Assembly: GCF_964204645.1 (NCBI RefSeq)
Contig: NC_134025.1
Location: 10,168,001-10,232,000, forward strand
Length of the DNA stretch: 64,000 nucleotides
Direction of reading: 5' to 3'
DNA from: Tubulanus polymorphus
Lineage: Eukaryota > Animalia > Nemertea
The position numbers and the translations under genes were made by a program. The notes under the pieces are model-generated. The model was not told the DNA's origin, ran no database searches, and worked only from the letters and a program-made list of their open reading frames with translations. Numbering within the stretch: the stretch's first letter is position 1; every line of letters begins with the position of its first letter. Shown here piece after piece: positions 33,885 through 45,665 of the stretch.

Positions 33885-36800
33885 ATGGCTGCAGTAGTAG
33901 TGCGAATGAATTGTTTTTCTACTCTCTGTCGAGGTTTTGTTCATTGTCGCAATGCCCCGAAGTCTCTCTTTCGGGTAAGTAAAATGAATGTTATTAATAT
34001 TGTTTATTATATACCGCGCGCAGTGAGCGGACTAAACTGCAATTTGGTCACCTTCCCACCCACTCGCTAGAGACGTGTAGCGGTTCCAAAAAAAGTCAGT
34101 CAAAAAATAACCCAATCAATTGCCAACAACTGGCTTTTTATTGGATGTACCACGAGAGTCACTCCACTCACAGTCCATTGCTACAAACCTTGGGCCCTAG
34201 CATCATGTTGATGTCCCAGAGGTGTTCGATGAAAGTTTTCACTTAGAACCTTAGAGTGTTAGTGGTATATCGCTAACGCTACCCCTGACACTAAGTCGCG
34301 GAAGCCATATAGTGTGATTTTAAATTCTTTTGAATTCAACTCTAATTATATCATCACTTCTCAGCTCTCGTTCAAACAATTTCAAAAAATAAACCATCAT
34401 TGCAAACCTCTGATCTTTCTTGTTCTTACTGTTGTGTTTATTTAGTCATTTTATCATCATATTTTGTGTATGAAACGATTTTTCATGACTTTTCAAATAT
34501 CCACTAGTTGCGCAGAGCGGTATCTATTGTTGTGTCGCTAAGATATTGATTTTTTCATGCGGGTGAGTCTCGCGAGGAACCGTTTTTTAGTACAACAAAA
34601 GCGGTACTAAAATATTTCTAGAGGCAATTTCCAGCCACTTGAACTTCAAATATATTCTTTGGAGTGTAAACAATGAAAAGATTACAACATAAGGTCAGTG
34701 TAGGTAGTTTATTTATTGAAATTGGATGAGTAGTTGCCGAGTACCGAGTGGTTAAAGTGCCAACTGAGCGCCAGTTGGCAATTTCGACGTAAAATAACGA
34801 CTACGTGACTGGGTGGGTGGTTCACGCGAGCTCTTTATTATAGGCACTATACGGAGCTCCGCGAACCGGCCATTCTCAGGACTGGGTGAATGAAAATTGA
34901 GCTTGCCTAATGCCCGCTTACGCCTTGCACACTACTAACCTCTGCTGTATAAAACTGAAAGTTATAAAACAATTATCAGCGATTTCATATATTATCAGAG
35001 GAGGGTTATCCCCTCAAGTGATGCTTGAACCTAATGACTGCGACCGTTTTTTTGCACTCAAGTATTGATTCCTCTGGAGTCGCGCAGTAATAGGGCCTAT
35101 ATCGTATTCCAATCATTATTTCAGCCTGTAACACTCTCCAGTGCAGTCAGACATTCTTCTACAAGTTCATCGTCGCCCATTGAACCGGAAGACCGTCCTG
35201 TATTTCCAGGATCCAGGTCGCAATGGACCGAGAAGTGTAGTTTCATTTTACCAGAGCAGTATGAAGGAATTCCAGTCTACCGGGTCATGGACAAAAAAGG
35301 AAACATCATTGATCCCAGTCAAGATCCTAAGGTAAAAATGTGCATTGGATAGATGAGGTACAACTTAAAATCGTTATAGGACCTAGATGCTTCAAGATCA
35401 AATCAATGTTTTGTACCAGCCTATTTTTCGTAACTAAGGCCTTTCAGGTTACTTGGGGTACAGATTTTTTCATTAGAATAGTGGGAGGACAAATGGAAAA
35501 AATTACTACAGGAAATTAGAGTAAAACCTTCCTTAGCGAATGTATTTATTTTATTTGTTGAAATAGTTTTCGAAAGAATTCGTGATAAAGATGTACGAGT
35601 CTGCCACAATGCTCAATACAATGGATCGTATACTGTACGAATCACAGAGACAAGGTCGCATCTCATTCTACATGACTAACTACGGCGAGGAAGGTACACA
35701 TATCGGATCAGCTGCCGCCCTTAATCCTAAAGATCTTCTATTCGGTCAATATCGAGAAGCGGGTAATTATCTTTTTCGCGTCAATCGACATCGTGTTTTT
35801 CTCTGTGATTCCTGATTAATGGAAGGGGATAGGAGTTTACAGTTAGTTTAGTTTCAGGCGAATTCAAAATAATGCATTTTATGGGTGTTAAATAAACACC
35901 ATTTTTTGTGGAACCGGGTTTGAATATATTTTCATTGTCCGTTGAAATATTATTTTCTGCATTATCCTCTAAATTTATAAACCTACAAATCACACTTGTC
36001 AACACATAGCGAGATTTTACCGGTTCAAACTGCTAAACCTTAGGTGAGAAGGGTTTATTGTAAGATAAATATTTCATGGGCCTAAGTTGTTTTTCGATTT
36101 ATATACTAAGTTTTCAATTTATATACTATGAATTCAATAAGAATTCAATATCCTATGCGCTTCTTGTTTTTGATGAATCATTTGAGATGATTCGTAAGTG
36201 TTGGTTTTGTGAATATTTCCAGGTGTTCTAATGTGGAGAGGTTTCACGTTAGACGATTTCATGAACCAGTGTTACGCGAATGCCAAAGATCGGGGTAAAG
36301 GTCGTCAAATGCCGGTACACTACGGCTCGAAAGATCTAAATTTTGTCACCATATCATCGACATTGGCCACGCAGATGCCTCACGGTACGTATAGCAAATG
36401 CTACTCCTTCTGTTAATGCCTGAAGACTTGCTTTCAAGAAAAAAAAAACATGCGTATTGGTTTAAGAATTTTGATGAAACCGAGAATTTAAGCAAGTCAA
36501 TTTCGATCATCCTGGTACCATTCCTGCTAATCTTAAGCGGACACCACGATTGTGATACATTAATCGATACTCATATATAGATATTGATTAGGAAAATCAT
36601 CAGATTTGATTATGTTTTATCAACCCATGAAGAAGCTATTGATAGATAAATTTATTGTATCTTTTCTATCCAAATAGCGTCTGGAGCGGCGTACGCATTT
36701 AAACGAGCCCAGAATGGTCTTTGCGTTGTCTGCTATTTCGGCGACGGAGCAGCATCGGAAGGCGACGCGCACGCTGCCTTGAACTTTGCCGCAACTCTCG

Positions 36801-38863
36801 AATGTCCAGTCATATTCTTCTGGTAGGTTTAATTCACATAAGATAGGCCTACTGGATATTAACTGTTCTGACAGGTTCCTTCCTTGTCGCAACAACATGT
36901 TGACTGTTCCATACTTCGCAATGAGTATTAACATTGTTCAATGAGGTTGGAACAGAGTTTGCTTCCATTGGCAATAGTAGCAGATGCCAAAATGTGAGAT
37001 ATCACCTACTGGCAACAGCTGCAGACCCAGATATCCTGATTCAAAATTATCATGGCAGAAAACCTTTATTTTAGTATGAGATTTTTCATTAATTTGTGTG
37101 AATAGATTTCATGCCATAGGTAGAAGGCAGTTTCAGAAATTTTAGATGTGTTGTTAATTTTCTTGGAGGTTACGGTAGAAGTGTGTGTGTGTTTGTGGAC
37201 TGATAATGTAGGGAAATATTTGTATTTCAGTCGTAATAATGGCTATGCAATTTCCACACCAGTCAGTGAACAGTATAAAGGTGATGGAATAGGTAAGTAA
37301 AATCATTGCAGTTGCTTTGCCTACAGTGTAATATATACCTGAAGTCATTATCCATGTACAGCAGGATCTGGGGGGACTGTAAATAAATACTACATAGTTG
37401 AGAATTTGGGAAAATTGACAGGTTCGAAAGAATTTTAGAAATCCCTGACTTCCAAAGGGTTAACTGGTACCTACCAAGTAAGGAGGATACACGCAGTGGT
37501 AATCGAAATTTGAATTTATGAAATGTTTTTTTTCAGCGTCTCGTGGACCAGGTTATGGCATGCCTACCATTCGCGTAGATGGCAATGACGTGTTTGCTGT
37601 TTACAATGCGACGAAAGCAGCTCGTGAGATGTCTATTAACGAGTCGAGACCAGTTTTAATCGAAGCTATGACTTATCGGTAAGATTAGTAAGTTGAAGCA
37701 ACGGAATACAGGGGATCTGGATATCTATTTCATTTTAACCAATACAGGTCGTTAAATTTCCGGGTTTTAAATTTCTGATTTAAATTATGTGACTTTAGTT
37801 TGGGATAAAGGACACTGAGCTTAAGCAGCAGTGGATTTTGATGTACCGTAATACTGACTATTTGTTGAATTCCACCTGCGTAAATGAATGTAAAAAATGA
37901 ATTAAAATCAGGATTTCTTATATCCGCGAAACAGACTTTTTTCCTTGGTCCCAAATGATGCCTATCAAATGGAATCTGCTGTGATTCATTTGTCAGGATT
38001 CGTACAGACCATGGAAAACAGGAAAAATCTGGGAATTTCAGAATTCAGGGAATCTGGGCTTCTTCCTTTGAAATCAGGGAAAAGTCGGGAATTGCAGATT
38101 CCAGAGGAATCTTTATGAATACCATTGTTTTGTATATACTCTCATGCATGCTCTAAGTTGTTATTAATGGTTAGCTTCGATGAATACACTACACGGTTAT
38201 TGGTATTTACAGAATTGGCCATCACAGTACGTCGGACGACAGTTCGGCGTATCGATCTGTCGACGAGGTGTCGTATTGGGATAAACACGACCACCCGATA
38301 TCGCGGCTACGCATGTACATGACTAATCAGGGCTGGTGGGATAACGATAAAGAGAAAGTGTGGATGAAAGATTGTCGAGCTAAGGTAAAATCAATCTCTC
38401 CTTTGCTTCCGGTCATGTCATGTAGGTTTACCCTTTTACTGACTTGACCAGTAAACTCAATATTTTCACTCAGTTTGATGTCAAAAACTTTGCGGTCGAT
38501 AAAACGCTCGATTTCTATAACTGCCAGGATAACTACCGTTAGCCTGATCATGATTTAAAAAAAGTAATGTACAGGGTAGATAGGCAGCCAGCCGGGGCAA
38601 CTTTCAAGTTCGGCAGAAATGAGAAACAAGGTATCATCTTTTTAGCCTAAGTAATGAAGTTTCTTACGTCGCATCTCATTCAGGTGATGGAAGCGTTTAG
38701 CCGAGCGGAGAAAAATCTCAAACCGAATCCGGAGTTGTTGTTCACCGACGTTTACAAGAACATGCCGAAACGCGTTCAACAACAAATGAACGAAATGAAA
38801 GAACACGTGAGAATGTACAAAGAACATTATCCTCTGGATAAACATGAGCCGATGTCTTCGTGA
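33885..38863 (+). CDS. BCKDHA: Branched-chain keto acid dehydrogenase E1 alpha subunit, mitochondrial (451 aa)
   Basis: Exons 33885-33974, 35125-35331, 35567-35762, 36223-36384, 36678-36822, 37231-37292, 37537-37678, 38213-38384, 38684-38863 (1356 nt). Arg-rich transit peptide, [30 protein letters not shown] motif GDGAASEGD...CRNNGYAIS, phosphorylation loop [17 protein letters not shown]. Confidence 0.97.
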
Positions 38864-41751
38864 TGAACTACGTTCGCTGTTTGATTAGAATATCGACTTC
38901 ATTTTCTTAACGAAAAATGAACATTGCAGTGTGGGTTTTTATTAAGTGATTGCAGAGTCGTCGTAGTAGCTCATGTGCTGCTTGGCGTTTGTTTTTTAAG
39001 CTACGTCTGTACTAGAATTTTTTCAACCCTGGTTTATTTCATCGTCTTGAAATGGTGTATTTTCTAACGCTACATGTATTTTGAAGTAAGAATTTTTCTC
39101 ATCTATCTGAAAACGTCGAATTTTGAATATTGTAGTTAATTTTTCTGCAATATTTCATGCAAATGTTCGGTAAGATTAATCAGGTCAAGAGCACCATTCA
39201 CTACAGCATTATGGTTTAATAAGCCTGAGGCAAAATTCTGATTTCTGTCTAAGACAATTGTCCATAGTATTTAAATTCTAGTATAGACATCAAGTAAGGC
39301 CTTGTTACAACAATTTTGCGATATCAGAATTATAATAACAAGGCCGAGAACAACAGCTGAGATGAGATAGTTAGAAGTAGGAATTTCCTACTTGCTGACT
39401 GTTGGCACTGAAATTGTTTGGATATTAGTATTAATTTTTGAAAAGTCATTGAATCTAATCACACCTGAGGTTATAGCATTTAGCCTTTCTATCTAATATG
39501 ATGTTTTCTCAAAAAAAGGTCGGTATTTGGAACTAGTTAATAAAGAAGACTGTGATGATTTTTAGGAATATGCCAGTTAACGTACTCTACGTACAGTAAT
39601 TGTATTCGATTAAAATACATGAAAAATCATGGGTCGATACTTTCAAGTATGTAAATTATGTTATTTTCCATGGAAATAAATTAACCTAAGGTATCTTTTT
39701 AATACTTAGTGAATTCTTACTGATATGATAGAAGTAGTTGTATATGTTTATCAAATGGATCAAAGCACGAATTAAGGCATCGTCCCTTGCAGGGATTTGA
39801 ACAAGATACCTTGAAGATAATGGATCGAACATTGAGGACAGTGCTGCTACATTGTGTATCTACAGCTTTGCAGGGTCTCTATACAACTCCTGGATTCCTT
39901 AAAAACTCTCGAACGGAAAATACTTTTAAAGGTGCTTGAAACCGTGGATGCCTAAATCGGTACAGTTGCGATTTATTACCCTTTCAGGCAGTGCCAAATA
40001 AGAAACAGAGTTTAGGTAGTCTTAAGGATAAGTTTGCTTATAAAACCACTGGATCAACGGTTTACAGAGATAAACAGTACTGATTTAGGAGTCTACAGTA
40101 ATTGTGATATGAGTGATGCAGGCGCTTCCTTAAAATTTTAAATTTTCTCCGTTATAACTCCTTTAGGTATATCCAGGAACGACTGATCTGTAGGGAACCT
40201 GATTTGATAAAAAGCCGGCACAAATATTCCTCGTCAAAAGTCGTCAGTGTAGTGAGTGAATTTTCCTTGGAATTCAACAAGATTTCCCATGATGGCATCC
40301 TCAAATCGACAAGAGACGGCAAACAGTTGCGAGAAATAAATTAAGTGTTTTGTTGATCTTTATTTCATAAATTCTGCTGTGGCATATATGTATAGACCAT
40401 GTTATGAAAATGTTATGCATAGTTGCAAAAATACACATATATAATCATTTATTAAATGCATTCTTGAATTGAATACCATCCTCCCTCGAGAGAGGGTCGG
40501 AATACATGATTAACTAATTAATCTTCAACAAAATATCGATAAAAGTGATAACACTTAACAGTCAGGATCCAGTGTCTGAACTCAGAAAAGATTTAACGTA
40601 AAAACTAAATAAAATAAACGGAATTAAGACGCATATTTTCTGAAACTGGATCCCAGAATATTGACAACAATTGACGTTTAAATTTGGCAACCTTTTGATT
40701 ACTAGTATAGCCATGCTATTTATGTAAATATATTACATATACACATATACATTATTAATCAGCTTCAAGCTAGCTTATTCCTAAACAAATGTTAATTGAT
40801 TAAAGATATTCGTTACGTTAGACTTTGTCTTACTTAGTAACATCAAAAATGTTGGTATTCAAATGAGTTGACCAATAGGCAATTAATTACTTACCTAGAT
40901 GTAAAAAAACTCCACCATGTTATTTTGTTCGATTACAAAATAGTCAATGATCTTTTGACCTATGTATAAACCTTCGTTTACACTCGACGATATCATCAAT
41001 CTCAGTCATTCTAGCAAATAAATGCGCAATGATTTTTCCGATCAATTTCAACAAAACAATTAAGAAATGGAATGTCAATAAAACCTATATAGTAACATGC
41101 ATTGATACTTGCTCATGAAGATGTCTAAAATACACTCAGAGCACTCGGTCTCTTTTGGGAGGTCTTCAAGTTCTTATAGTTGGGATTCGTTCACAATTTC
41201 ACAGTCACTTCTGATGATTTAGATAACCATGAAATTATTTAGATAACATGCAAAAAACTAAGTGTGTCTAAAAGATTCACAATGTTTTTCTTTTTACACA
41301 AACCAATCAACGAATACGGTAACAAAGAAATGTATCCTCAAGACGCAAATGTGCAGATATCAAAGATATGCAGCCAGGGCCCACCCCATCAGACATTTAA
41401 AAACTTAAATTTATCTCCATTCTTCCGTTTTCTAATTATCAAGGCTTGGAATATTTCTCATGGAAATTCAAATACAATTCTCCGATCTTCCAATTTCAAA
41501 TTATCCAGGCTTTGACTTCAGATATATTCCTCTAGGACTTTTGAACACTTCCTCGCAAGGGAAATTTTACATGGACTTCGTCCAAGACAATGTTATGGAT
41601 TGAATATGCCAGCCTTCTGACTGTTATTTTTTCAAAGGTACTGGTAATCGTCCATATTTCATGTTTCAAACGGTGAACATCTGCGAGGCTGTTTTGGATT
41701 GATATCTGCATGAATTGCTAATAAGATGCTATAAGAGGTTTCACCGGGTGG

Positions 41752-44700
41752 TTAGGGTTTCGTATTCAAATCAACCATACTGATATACGGTAAATAATAC
41801 GATCCCAGATATAGAACCTTGTTGAACTCGGTCACTTGACTGACAGACGACAGAACCTCCGCATCTGGATCATGGTAGCTGCGACGTATTTTGCCGTTCT
41901 GGTTTATTTCGACGATTAGCCCATAGCTCGGCACCGCTTTGAACAAAAGCACCTGAGGAACCACCTGCAAAATCCAAAATAGAATCTTTATTTATGACGA
42001 GTTACAGCAGTGAAGGCAAATACATTATAATCCAATGCACGAACAGTAAAAGAATAGGTATGTGCATGCAGTTCGCGCATAAAGCCTACCTTAGTTAGAT
42101 ATTTCTTGAACCAGGGTCGCGTTGAAGCCCACTCCAACAACGAAAACTTCTCCTTTCGCCGGACACCGGCAAACGCAACCCAATATCCACCAGAGCTGCT
42201 CGCGCGGATGTTGTCCGGTAATCCAGGTAGGTTATCGATGAACGTTTCCAGTTTACCTTTCTTCGGACCGGTGAGATAAAACCTGTAAAAAACGAGGTAG
42301 AACTTCATCAAAACAGGAAAATATCTCGGTGGTGCAAAAATGCCGAGCATGTTCAGTATAGCCCTCGTTTGATAATGAAACACATCTATTTTCAACAGTT
42401 GCCAAAGCAATACTATCAGCTTGTATAATAAAAACATTTGACACAATCTAAAAGATAATTTTCGTTCAACTTTCCTAGATTTTTAGGACACTTCAATGAA
42501 CTTTCGCACACTGCAACAAAATAAAACGAACCGAACCAAACCTTCCTTTACTAGAACTTACTTCTTTATTCTAGCCATGGTAGTCTCGGCTATGAGCAGA
42601 AAGTCTTCTTTCGGCGACAACTGTACACCATTCGGAAATACAAGATTATCGATAACCACTTCGGTTTTGTTCAATTTTGGGTCGAAACACAAGATCCTGG
42701 AAAATCAAAAAAAAATCAGAAATCGATACAACTCTAGAATGAATGGGAAAAACATACAAGTTTCATTTTTACCAAGATATTTTACCACATATGATCGCGA
42801 TTTTTCAACTGTAACAAAATGGGTCTTTTTACCTTCCGTCTGCTTTTCCTTCTAAAACCAAATAGGAGACATCACGTCTTTGCCACTTGACGCTCGAGTC
42901 GCTGAAATATATTTTACCATCCGATGTGATGTCGAGATCGTTCAAGAATTTCGGCTTCTTATGATCAACTGGTTCTTTCGAGGAATAAAGCTTGATGAAG
43001 TCACCTTTAGATAAATAGTTAAAAAAATTGGATACACTAAAAAATACTGGCTTAAGATATTGAAAGATTAAATTTTTCGCTTTTTAAGGTATTTCCAAAG
43101 AATTTTGCACGGTAATTGATTGGTCATTCCTGGATATAAGGAGTTTCAAGGAGAAAATTTCAAATTTTGAGGAAGTGTCTGCATCGTTTTCTCCTAAATT
43201 GGTTTTGTAAGCAAATTTTTGGGTAAATAAAACTTCTGGTCCCAACGGTACCGATTTCGACATAGTCTACTGTACAACTGCAAACATTTCTAATTGCTTA
43301 TTTCTCAGAAGTGAAGTTATCTTAAACGAGTTTTGGGCAGTTTGCTCAGATTAAAGGAGGTTCAAGCATCTTTATAAAAGTATTTTCCGTCAAGGAGTTT
43401 TTAAGGAATCAAGGAGTCGTAGGGACCCTATCTATATCGTTTTTAGATTTGCCACTGAACAATGAGGAAAGTTAATGACTATAATTCTATTTACATACCA
43501 TTATCTCTGTCAATGCTGAATAAGCCTTTATACGCGTCAGCAACAATCAATCTGCCAGTCACGTCGAATCTCATACCCAGGGGTCGGCCACAATTCAGTT
43601 CATCATGCCATCCGCCTCCTACTGATTAATTCAAAAACAAACATTTGATTACATACGAAACTAACAAGTTTATGGAGCTAAATCGTTTGTTTCACTGATG
43701 TGTATTGACACAGTACTGAACAGCTGGAAATACTATCACAGCAATCGAGGATCCATCGAGGAGTGTTAGTGTGAACTCGATGTCTTTCACATATTTTTTT
43801 TTCACATTCAGTGAACAACACCAAACCTATATATTTCTCCTAATGATAGGATTCAACTACATTTCTATTATTCTGTTATCTTCCGATTGTGAATATGAAA
43901 ATATAACCAAAGGTAATTAGGTAAGTCAGTCTATATCGGTATACATACACTATAGGGCCTTCGATAACTTTTGTATCTAGCCAAGAAATATCATGGCCAA
44001 TATTTGAAAATGAACTTATATCATATGACATTATAGTAAGCATCTTGTGATGATAGACTCTGCCTCAGTGGTTACAGAATAGGATATTCATTTCATGCAT
44101 TGACTTCCGTACCGCAAGGTGGTTCTCCGAGTTCTGCCAAAATCTTCATCTCATTCGTATCCAACACCCAAATCTTTCCGTCAGCAGTTCCCGTATACAA
44201 CTTCCCTGTTACTGAAAATGAATTGATATTAACCTCTCAGGGACGAGCGATTCAAAAGTTTTATCGTATATGGATACCACGAAAATTAAGAATTCTAGCG
44301 AAGAATTTCTCCAGAAAAAACTCACTCGGATGAACAGCGATAGACTCCGGGCCTTCGATCCTATACTCGAACAATCTCTGGGCATGGCTTAAAATATAGT
44401 TCGGTTTCAGAATGCCTTCAAATCTCCGCGGTCGTTTTAAGCTGAAAAGATTATCGAAGACAATAACTATATATGGACCTTCACCCATACATAACTAATC
44501 TACATTGTATTTCTATTTGAATACGTACTTGTATTTTTCAGGCTGTATAGGGGAAGTGACAAGAAACAGCGCTAGTATGATGCCTATTATAGACAATAGG
44601 AATAGATAGATATTCAGCTTGACTATTTTCCTGAAAATATGAAAAGAATAAGTTTAGTTGGTGGAAGTTTTAAAATCTAAGTGGCTACAGGCCTATACGT

Positions 44701-45168
44701 ATAGAATCAACATCTAATATTCTGCTCTATTTTCTCTATCTCTGTTCTCCACACTTTCCTCGAACTTTTTAGTCGCACACCTGAGTGCACGTGCGATGTA
44801 TTAGTTAGCCAATCAAAATGAGTAATCGGCAAAACAGCATGAACAGTAATAATGCTGAATCGGCAAAATGAAAATATCAGCTGTCAAATTTTTTATTACG
44901 GCCTTAGCCCTAAAAAAGGCAAAGCCTAACAAAAAATAGATTAATCGAAAATCGGATACATGGAATACAGTTATACTTACTTGAATATCCAAAAACAGAG
45001 TTTCGGCATGAGACTCATCAGGCTAATGTCATCGTCATCATTCCTGGGAGCCTTCTTGTAAGGCACTTTCTCTTTTTTTCTCAGTTCCTTCATCTTTTCG
45101 GCATTGCTGGTGTTATCACTCCCGCCGCCGCCGATCTTCCTCTGGCGTAGGTCGTGCTCGGAGGCCAT
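41752..45168 (-). CDS. APMAP: Adipocyte plasma membrane-associated protein (strictosidine synthase-like beta-propeller, type II membrane protein, about 445 aa)
   Basis: Exons 45168-44981, 44630-44529, 44441-44326, 44211-44113, 43618-43499, 43004-42833, 42696-42562, 42282-42090, 41964-41752. Motifs LRQRK, TM segment, [62 protein letters not shown]. Confidence 0.94.
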
Positions 45169-45665
45169 AGTGGTCACGAAAGGATAGAAAGAACGAGCGA
45201 AGACAAGAGGAAAGGCTGAAACTGGAAATAAAAGAGACGTGTCGTTCAGAGATGCAGAAATTGCTGGAAGATTGTCATCGATTTTGACACCTTTGATGTC
45301 GACCGAAGGACATCCGCTGAGTGTCGCACCGCTCACGAAATAGTGCGTTGTACTATATCAATTTATGGTCGAAACGCAACAAGCATAAGTGCAAAATGTT
45401 ACATTTGATTTAAGTTACAGGCATCAAAAATAATATTCATTATAGACATAACCATGAAGCTAGTTTTGAACAAAGAGCGGAGCTAGGCCCGATAGTTTGA
45501 GTTAGTTTCACTGTTAGCCGTCTTAAGCTGGTGGCAGCACCTTCTGGTGCCCTTGATAAGTAATGGTGGATTTTTCTTGTGAAGTTCACTGTCCTTAGAC
45601 CGGTTATAGTCCACCGAGAATGTCCTAGATTTATATCGGCGACTCTCTTACTTCGCACAGACACA

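Noticed and set aside
44977-45336. N-terminal extension of APMAP exon 1 from a GTG
   Set aside because: The ATG at 45168 has good context and gives the typical LRQRK N-terminus; the upstream part is probably UTR.
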